A stretch of 36,245 bases of DNA. It comes from a virus. The DNA is taken from IMG/VR virus record IMGVR_UViG_3300045413_000158, positions 1-36,245 of that record; one strand, given 5' to 3'. The stretch's first letter is position 1, and each line of letters begins with the position of its first letter. The notes under the pieces were generated by a model. The model made no database searches, was not told where the DNA came from, and saw only the letters and a list, made by a program, of their open reading frames with translations. A program made the position numbers and the translations under genes. This document shows, one piece after another, positions 16,343 to 21,575 of this stretch.

Positions 16343-16522
16343 TTATTTTTTACAAAAGAATTTATGTTCTACGCTACGTCTCAAAATGAGACCACCCATT
16401 TCTTTCTCGATGTATATTGCTCCTCCGCAACAAAATAATATTTCCTTACTTAATATGCCAGTCTTAAGCGTTATTGGCACAATAGCCTCCCGTACGGCGG
16501 CGAGGGTGTCGATGGGGGTCAT
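16343..16522 (-). CDS. Micro-ORF, 59 aa (MTPIDTLAAVREAIVPITLKTGILSKEILFCCGGAIYIEKEMGGLILRRSVEHKFFCKK)
   Basis: Hand-translated. Its ATG overlaps the upstream stop (ATGA at 16519-16522). It is one residue below the ORF-track cut-off. Confidence 0.5.
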   Translation of the reverse strand: MTPIDTLAAVREAIVPITLKTGILSKEILFCCGGAIYIEKEMGGLILRRSVEHKFFCKK

Positions 16523-17019
16523 AAAAGATTTTGTTCTTTAGCCCATAGCCATGCAGACGCACATGCTTCGCTGAATTCCGTACCGAACATGCTACCAATT
16601 GTTTCTGGTGTGTTTAACGCCGAGTGTTTGTATGTAATACAAGAGTCAATGAGAGAACTTGTTCCATTATCCCCGAAGTAGAATGTCCAGAAACATCCGC
16701 TATCGTTCCATGTGATTGCACATTCGTTTGTGATGTCGAGTTCTTTGAGGATTTCTTGTGCATCTGGTGCCTTCAAAGCTTCTTTTACTGTCCATGTATT
16801 AGGGAATAATGGCATGTTTGAAAGGAAATTTATTTCACGCAAAGATTCTACAGGAATCAATTTCCACCCTATTACGAATATTCCAAATGGCTGATTGTGT
16901 ATCTTTCTACCTGTTTCATCGTGAATGAGTATATATTCACGTTCCGTCTCAGATTCCCATCCCGCCTCCTTCAACTTCACCGCTGTTTCGTGTGAGATGC
17001 ATTTCGATGATGAGGTCAT
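16519..17019 (-). CDS. Hypothetical protein (166 aa)
   Basis: The start is taken at MTSSSKC (ATG 17019), 2 nt after the stop of the upstream micro-ORF. The track start is 17058. Confidence 0.6.
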   Translation of the reverse strand: MTSSSKCISHETAVKLKEAGWESETEREYILIHDETGRKIHNQPFGIFVIGWKLIPVESLREINFLSNMPLFPNTWTVKEALKAPDAQEILKELDITNECAITWNDSGCFWTFYFGDNGTSSLIDSCITYKHSALNTPETIGSMFGTEFSEACASAWLWAKEQNLL

Positions 17020-17021
17020 AT

Positions 17022-17177
17022 TCAGTTCTTCCATAACAGTGCGAGTGCAACTGACCATCCACAGAATGCGAAGAAGTTTCCGTCAATTATTGCTAGTAAG
17101 ATACCTGCTTGGGTGAGTATGAAGAGAACTTTTTTAGCTGTTTTGTTATTTTTTGTGCGTGTCTCTATATTCAGCAT
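17022..17177 (-). CDS. Micro-ORF, 51 aa, membrane protein (MLNIETRTKNNKTAKKVLFILTQAGILLAIIDGNFFAFCGWSVALALLWKN)
   Basis: Hand-translated. It has a basic N-terminus followed by hydrophobic helices. Its stop abuts the next start (TGAATATG). Confidence 0.45.
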   Translation of the reverse strand: MLNIETRTKNNKTAKKVLFILTQAGILLAIIDGNFFAFCGWSVALALLWKN

Positions 17178-17273
17178 AATCAATGTTTATTTTTCCATCG
17201 TCGGTGTTGTCATAGGTTTTTATATATAGTGCACTGACGAAGAAACACCGGTTTGTTTGTGATTGTACTTGGA

Positions 17274-17459
17274 TTAAAGATAGATTCTGTGTGATTGTGT
17301 GTACTTGCAAACCTTACACTCACGGCATTCCTGTATATACGTTTTTATTGGGAGCGTTGTTGAAGCACTAGAATCAAATATTTTGTTCAAGAACGGTACT
17401 CCATCTGTATTTTTTACTGTCTTCCATTTACTCCAATCGTGAAAGATGTGGAATTTCAT
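17274..17459 (-). CDS. Hypothetical protein (61 aa) with a C-terminal CxxCxxC motif
   Basis: ORF from the track, with the motif ECRECKVCKY. Confidence 0.55.
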   Translation of the reverse strand: MKFHIFHDWSKWKTVKNTDGVPFLNKIFDSSASTTLPIKTYIQECRECKVCKYTQSHRIYL

Positions 17460-17462
17460 AGA

Positions 17463-18110
17463 TCAAAACGGTATTTCTTCGAGTGGTATAGTCTCTGTAG
17501 CCTCTTGTGGTGTGCTCGGCGGTACGAATCGTTCACCGGCCTTGTATTTGTTTCCACATACTCCCGAACAATTCATCGCATTCGGGAATTTCGCGTCTAC
17601 TGCGAACGTTTTATTGCACACAGCACAATTCTTCGTATTTTGCTTTTGCGACGATCCTGAGGCATTTGGTGTGGTCTGGGAGGCCTTCGGTGCGACTTCG
17701 TGTGTCTGCGTCTCGGTATCTTTCTCGTCTTCTGTTGGGATACAGAATAGTTGCATCATGGCGTACTTGTACGCTGCGCTCATTGCCTTGTTGCTACCCT
17801 TATCTCCACTGTCCATAGCTTCACCGATGGTAACGAGGCGTACATTCGTCCCATCCGAGGCATAAACGGTAAATTCTACATTGAGGATAGTGTAGAGAAG
17901 TAATCCGCCCTTTGTGCTCGTTCGCTCCTCACGTTTCTCAGAGAGAACAACTGGACAAAAGAACACTCCATACCTCGAAAGAATAGGATTGAGTGCGTTG
18001 TACACGTCGTCGATCCCACGGAACTTATAATTTTGTAGATCGTTCTTACGATCCTTTGAGATAGGCTCAATCTCCTCCATGACTTTCTGAATGCTTTGGT
18101 AGATGTTCAT
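17463..18110 (-). CDS. erf: ERF-family single-strand annealing recombinase
   Basis: 215 aa from MNIYQSIQKVMEEI. NYKFRGIDDVYNALNPIL, GEAMDSGDKGSNKAMSAAYKYAMMQLFCIPT match the ERF signature. The start is taken 1 nt after the upstream stop. Confidence 0.75.
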   Translation of the reverse strand: MNIYQSIQKVMEEIEPISKDRKNDLQNYKFRGIDDVYNALNPILSRYGVFFCPVVLSEKREERTSTKGGLLLYTILNVEFTVYASDGTNVRLVTIGEAMDSGDKGSNKAMSAAYKYAMMQLFCIPTEDEKDTETQTHEVAPKASQTTPNASGSSQKQNTKNCAVCNKTFAVDAKFPNAMNCSGVCGNKYKAGERFVPPSTPQEATETIPLEEIPF

Positions 18111-18111
18111 A

Positions 18112-18273
18112 CTACATGCTTGCTTTAAGGCCGATAAATAAGAGTGCAGTACCAATCACGAACATTCCGAGGATCACGAACCACACGCCTTTCTCGATGC
18201 GCCACTGTCGATGTTCACGCTTCACGGCACGAATGCCTGGAAGTGCCCAGTTGCTGTATTGAGGCTTGTACAT
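18112..18273 (-). CDS. Small membrane protein (53 aa)
   Basis: The start is taken at the ATG of the TAATAATATG junction (18273). It has one transmembrane helix (VWFVILGMFVIGTALLFIGL). The track start is a TTG. Confidence 0.5.
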   Translation of the reverse strand: MYKPQYSNWALPGIRAVKREHRQWRIEKGVWFVILGMFVIGTALLFIGLKASM

Positions 18274-18277
18274 ATTA

Positions 18278-18409
18278 TTAGCAATTATTACATCGACGCG
18301 GGATTCCAACGTCTTTTACTTCGTCCCCACACTCGAAACAGCAACAGTTGCATTCGGTATCACACGCTTTACTAGTGATGGCATGTGCGGTATCGGTTCG
18401 ATCGGACAT
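18278..18409 (-). CDS. Micro-ORF, 43 aa, cysteine-rich (9 Cys: ...KACDTECNCCCFECGDEVKDVGIPRRCNNC)
   Basis: Hand-translated. It starts 1 nt after the upstream stop (TAGTATG) and ends in the TAATAATATG junction. Confidence 0.45.
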   Translation of the reverse strand: MSDRTDTAHAITSKACDTECNCCCFECGDEVKDVGIPRRCNNC

Positions 18410-18410
18410 A

Positions 18411-18590
18411 CTAGAAATCAGTTACTTCTCGTGTATCTGCGGTGAGTGCCTTTGCGTCTGCTGCAAGTGCCATATCAAGGTCAGCGAGTACATAACGGAA
18501 GGGTGCCGCGGTCGCACGGTCGAATGCACCTTGGAGTTGATTGATTGCACATTCCATGTTCTTGAGTGCCATTGTCTGGTCGTATGTCAT
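18411..18590 (-). CDS. Micro-ORF, 59 aa, Ala-rich helical protein (MTYDQTMALKNMECAINQLQGAFDRATAAPFRYVLADLDMALAADAKALTADTREVTDF)
   Basis: Hand-translated. Its ATG overlaps the upstream stop (ATGA at 18587-18590). Confidence 0.5.
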   Translation of the reverse strand: MTYDQTMALKNMECAINQLQGAFDRATAAPFRYVLADLDMALAADAKALTADTREVTDF

Positions 18591-18847
18591 AGCGATGGGT
18601 TAATTTCTGGCTCTTGGTATCCGTGTTCTTTTACCTTTGCACGTCCCCATTCTTGGATGCGTTCAAATTCTCTGGCATTACTCATGGCAAGATCATATTT
18701 CAGTTTAATCACTCGCTGAATAATGTCAGATGCCTGTTGCTTTGAAAGGTGTGTCTCGATCCATTTTGTGCAGTGCTCTTGATTCTTCTCTTTCGTATAC
18801 AATTTCTTGCCAATCACTTCTGCTTGTTTTGCGGTGCATGGTTCCAT
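18587..18847 (-). CDS. Hypothetical protein (86 aa)
   Basis: ORF from the track with an ATG start. It is the first gene after the internal promoter/hairpin. Confidence 0.6.
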   Translation of the reverse strand: MEPCTAKQAEVIGKKLYTKEKNQEHCTKWIETHLSKQQASDIIQRVIKLKYDLAMSNAREFERIQEWGRAKVKEHGYQEPEINPSL

Positions 18848-18867
18848 AGAATGACATTAGGAACGAG

Positions 18868-18915
18868 AAGCCACAGAGCATCAGACAGTCGAGACCATGT
18901 GATGTTCTGTGGCTT
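18868..18915 (-). promoter_or_regulatory. Long 5' UTR hairpin (16-bp stem, 16-nt loop), 21 nt upstream of the 18847 start
   Basis: aagccacagagcatca / tgatgttctgtggctt are complementary apart from one G:U position. Confidence 0.5.
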
Positions 18916-18947
18916 TTGAAGGTGGAGGCTCTCGCCATCACGAAGGT

Positions 18948-18975
18948 ATCATACCACGCCATTAGTGAAAGGCAA
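18948..18975 (-). promoter_or_regulatory. Candidate sigma70-type promoter (TTGCCT-16 bp-TGgTATGAT) inside the early block
   Basis: On the - strand the -35 is 18975-18970 and the extended -10 is TGgTATGAT, with its hexamer at 18953-18948. It lies just downstream of the terminator at 19018-19046. Confidence 0.4.
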
Positions 18976-19017
18976 GTTTATGTTGTGTATATCTCATAAA
19001 TAGCCTGATAGAAGTGA

Positions 19018-19046
19018 TAAAAACACAAAACCACAGTTTCCCGTGG
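19018..19046 (-). terminator. Intrinsic terminator after the first early gene
   Basis: On the - strand: CCACGG-GAAA-CUGUGG (GNRA loop, one G:U pair) followed by UUUUGUGUUUUU. Confidence 0.65.
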
Positions 19047-19072
19047 CGTGTGTGTACCGACCATTGTTTTCT

Positions 19073-19384
19073 TTAGAGTGTTTTGATCAGAGTATCCATC
19101 GCCTCGATGAAGTCAGACACCTTGTCAAGCTTCATGAGTTTCTTGTCTTGGAGCGCCTTGATAATCTCGAAAGCTTGCTTCCCCTTATCTTGTGCTCGTT
19201 CCTGGAGATAAACGGGATACGATTCTTTAATGACGGTCGGGTAGTACCAGTTCGACCAGCAATCCCAAGTCGTCGACGGCCAGTACCCAAAGTTTGCACT
19301 ACCTGACGTTATTGTTCCTGTCTGAGGGAGAACAGTATTGCCCGTAACAAACGCATCCATGAGTGCCTGTGAGTGTGAATCCAT
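19073..19384 (-). CDS. First early-block protein, function unknown (103 aa; the track ORF extends to a GTG at 19450)
   Basis: The first ATG gives MDSHSQALMDAF.... The N-terminal half is Trp/Tyr-rich and the C-terminus helical (AFEIIKALQDKKLMKLDKVSDFIEAMDTLIKTL). Confidence 0.55.
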   Translation of the reverse strand: MDSHSQALMDAFVTGNTVLPQTGTITSGSANFGYWPSTTWDCWSNWYYPTVIKESYPVYLQERAQDKGKQAFEIIKALQDKKLMKLDKVSDFIEAMDTLIKTL

Positions 19385-19450
19385 AGATAGTGCGTGGGCG
19401 GGATAAGCGACCACGGAATAGTTAGGATCGGTACTCCTCCATAGTAACAC

Positions 19451-20117
19451 AATACCGCCCCGGAGGAGAGCGGTATGTGTGGTAACGCGGATAGTTTGTC
19501 CCTAATTTCGACGAGGCGTTCTGTGAGCGAACAATGATGGGTGTAACTTGGGGCCGCGTTTCACGCGTAAGGTAACGCGGCTATCCTGCGAAGCTAGCAA
19601 TAGGAGTTCAATTCTTCGGTTCGCACCGAACTGGAATTTCTCCCATAGGAACATCACCATTGTACTATTGTGGATTTTCTACTGAACCGTGGAAGGTGTT
19701 GATAAATGAACTAAAACACCCCCTATGCCTTTCGGATAAGAGGTGTTATAGTCTTTATCGTTGGAAATAAAGGATGAGTAAAGTATTTCATTACTTGTCA
19801 TCCTTGTCAACCGACAGGGATATTTTTATCCCGAATCTCTGACGGGAAGGTCGGGTGAACCGATAGAGCCTCCGTTGGCTGCCAAGTTAAATCTATCGGA
19901 TTGATGTTTGTGATGTCCACGGCAGCATCCGTGGTGGACTCAAAGCTTCAATCTCATATTACGTCAACCGTACCAACGTAATATGTTATAGCCAATCTCC
20001 ACCGAGGTGGGGCGAGGACAGGGAAACGGTGCAGGGGATCGAAGGTTTCTTCTCCCTGAAAGAGCTGGCTCACCAGACGGGCTTTTGTTCTTCTTTTGGA
20101 TCTAAAGCTTCAAGGCT
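19451..20117 (-). ncRNA. Candidate large structured RNA, or an unusually long structured 5' leader, transcribed from the - strand
   Basis: 667 nt have stops in all six frames, and the sampled GC is about 55-57%. At least 12 local hairpins are present. Five of them gain G:U pairs and/or GNRA loops (GAAA, GAAA, GCGA) only when read on the - strand. The class is unknown. Confidence 0.4.
19782..19810 (-). promoter_or_regulatory. Candidate - strand promoter inside the structured region (TTGACA-17 bp-AATACT)
   Basis: A perfect -35 (TTGACA) lies at 19810-19805 and a 4/6 -10 at 19787-19782. The -35 overlaps a TGACAAG-ga-TGACAAG direct repeat. Confidence 0.3.
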
Positions 20118-20600
20118 ATGAAAAAGAAATTGACTCAGGAATATCTTAGCTATATTCAATCATCTGATTGGTTTAAAAAAGCTCAAAGAATTAGAGATAG
20201 AGACGTAGTGTGTCAAGGTTGCGGGTCGGAAAAGAATTTGGATGTGCACCATAAAACGTATAAACGCTTTAAGCACGAAAGTGATGAAGATTTAATATTA
20301 ATATGCAGACAATGCCATGAACAGATCCATAAAAAGAAAAAGAAATCGAATCTTGATAAAGTAACTAATAAGCTAATTAAAATGACACAAAATAGAGCGA
20401 TGAGATTTGATAAGCTTGATGAAAAGTGTAGAAAGTGCGGCGGTATTCTAATTATGAGACAAGCAAAACTCACTGAGAAACGGTTAAAACGCGCATATCA
20501 TTTTTGTCATTTTAAGCAATGCTTGTCATGTTCTGCATTTTTTATGCTCGAGGAATTTAAGACATATCCAAATGAAAGTTGTAATTGTGAGCGTGTATAA
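20118..20600 (+). CDS. Free-standing HNH endonuclease with a C-terminal zinc ribbon
   Basis: 160 aa. SSDWFKKAQRIRDRDVVCQGCGSEKNLDVHHKTYKRF...DLILICRQCHEQIH is the common phage HNH pattern, and a second CxxC...CxxC lies at the C-terminus. The gene is markedly AT-rich (first 60 nt are 27% GC) relative to its GC-rich flanks. Confidence 0.8.
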   Translation: MKKKLTQEYLSYIQSSDWFKKAQRIRDRDVVCQGCGSEKNLDVHHKTYKRFKHESDEDLILICRQCHEQIHKKKKKSNLDKVTNKLIKMTQNRAMRFDKLDEKCRKCGGILIMRQAKLTEKRLKRAYHFCHFKQCLSCSAFFMLEEFKTYPNESCNCERV

Positions 20601-20738
20601 GGGTTGGGAAAGAGCCGTCTCAAAAAAGAGAGCGGTAGTTTAGCTATACATGTCAGCTTCATGCCTGTGAGTAACTCTATGCACATGGGTGTATAATGTT
20701 TTTTGTCACAAGGTTGCGATTACCCCCGCAACGTGTAG

Positions 20739-20806
20739 AAAACTCTTTTTCCCTGGTGCCTGATCCGCAAGGATTCGGGGGGTACGCCAGGGGAGAAGAG
20801 TTTTTT
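20739..20806 (+). terminator. Long terminator/attenuator hairpin immediately upstream of the replication gene
   Basis: The 18-bp basal stem aaaactctttttccctgg / ccaggggagaagagtttt has two G:U pairs that are valid only on the + strand. The upper stem is tipped by a GCAA tetraloop (20767-20770). A T6 run follows at 20801-20806, and the ATG at 20835 is 28 nt downstream. Confidence 0.6.
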
Positions 20807-20834
20807 ACATCCTCATTGGGGCGAAGAAGTTTAT

Positions 20835-21575
20835 ATGGATACAGGATGGATCAAGATTCATCGAAAGCTGCTAGATAATCCCACGGTTATGAAAGACGCC
20901 GACCATTTCGCGATATGGGTTTGGCTTCTTTTGAAGGCAACGCATGAGGGCATCGACGTAATCTTCGGAGGAGAAAGAATTACCCTATCACCTGGACAAT
21001 TTACTACCGGAAGAAAGGTTATCTCTAATGCTTTGGGCGTTTCTGAAAGTAAAGTGCAACGTGTTTTATCTTGCTTCGAAAGTGAACATCAGATTGAACA
21101 ACGAACAGATAGACAATGTAGGCTAATAACAGTACTAAAATGGTCTGAGTATCAAAAACGTGAACAACGAAATGAACATCAAATGAACAACGATCGAACA
21201 ACGAGTGAACAACGAGTGAACACTAAACAAGAATGTAAGAATGAAAGAATGAAAGAAACTGAGAGTGAGGCGACTACGTCGCTCGCTCCCATAAAAACAA
21301 AAAAGACTCCATCACAGATTGCTCATACATTCTTCGAAGATGGCGCGGATCATACCCAGACGATTGAGTACCTCGTTGGAAAGGGCGTACCAGAAGAAGT
21401 AGCAAAACAAGAGATGGCAAAGTTTATCTCTTACTGGACTGAGCCAAATAAAAGCGGGACGAAGGTGAGGTGGCAGGGAGAAACACACTTTGATCTCAAA
21501 AGGAGAATGGTGACATGGTTCAGCCGCATCCGAGGATATAGTGAAAATAAAGAATCTAAAGGAATCAAACTATGA
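20835..21575 (+). CDS. Replication initiation / replisome-organiser-like protein (winged-helix N-terminus, Phg_2220_C-like C-terminus)
   Basis: 246 aa. GWIKIHRKLLDNP...HFAIWVWLLLKA...TGRKVISNALGVSESKVQRVL is an N-terminal DNA-binding fold typical of phage replication organisers. The C-terminus has F..YW....K.G...RWQ....FDLKRR...W. An iteron array lies in the central linker. Confidence 0.6.
   Translation: MDTGWIKIHRKLLDNPTVMKDADHFAIWVWLLLKATHEGIDVIFGGERITLSPGQFTTGRKVISNALGVSESKVQRVLSCFESEHQIEQRTDRQCRLITVLKWSEYQKREQRNEHQMNNDRTTSEQRVNTKQECKNERMKETESEATTSLAPIKTKKTPSQIAHTFFEDGADHTQTIEYLVGKGVPEEVAKQEMAKFISYWTEPNKSGTKVRWQGETHFDLKRRMVTWFSRIRGYSENKESKGIKL
21083..21226 (+). repeat. Iteron array (putative origin of replication) inside the replication gene
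   Basis: TGAACAACGA or close variants occur at 21083 (variant), 21095, 21161, 21173 (variant), 21184, 21195, 21206 and 21217 (variant). The last six are spaced 11-12 bp apart. An AAGAATG x3 A-rich tract follows at 21229-21255. Confidence 0.65.

Noticed and set aside
17446-18719. + strand ORFs 17446..17865 (139 aa), 17507..17818 and 18348..18719 (123 aa).
   Set aside because: They are antisense to the ERF gene and to the chain of ATGA-coupled - strand micro-ORFs, with Cys/Ser-rich shadow composition.
18726-18962. A - strand ORF of 78 aa upstream of and overlapping 18587..18847.
   Set aside because: It overlaps the 86-aa gene by 120 nt in another frame. It also contains the promoter candidate and the 16-bp-stem hairpin, so this stretch is better explained as a 5' UTR.
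19451-20834. A group I or group II intron carrying the HNH gene.
   Set aside because: - No reading frame is interrupted. The flanking genes are on opposite strands and both appear N-terminally complete.
- The two structured flanks have opposite strand polarity.
- I found an AGACUAUAA string (- strand, about 19748-19756) resembling the group I R element but no matching S/P7 partner.
- The GAGCCGU-containing hairpin at 20614-20635 resembles the start of group II domain V. However, it has a short bulged stem with an A6 loop, and there is no maturase or RT.

This still needs a covariance-model search to exclude it formally.
20696-20878. A + strand ORF of 60 aa spanning the leader and the start of the replication gene.
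   Set aside because: It runs straight through the 18-bp-stem terminator hairpin and overlaps the well-supported replication-gene start in another frame.
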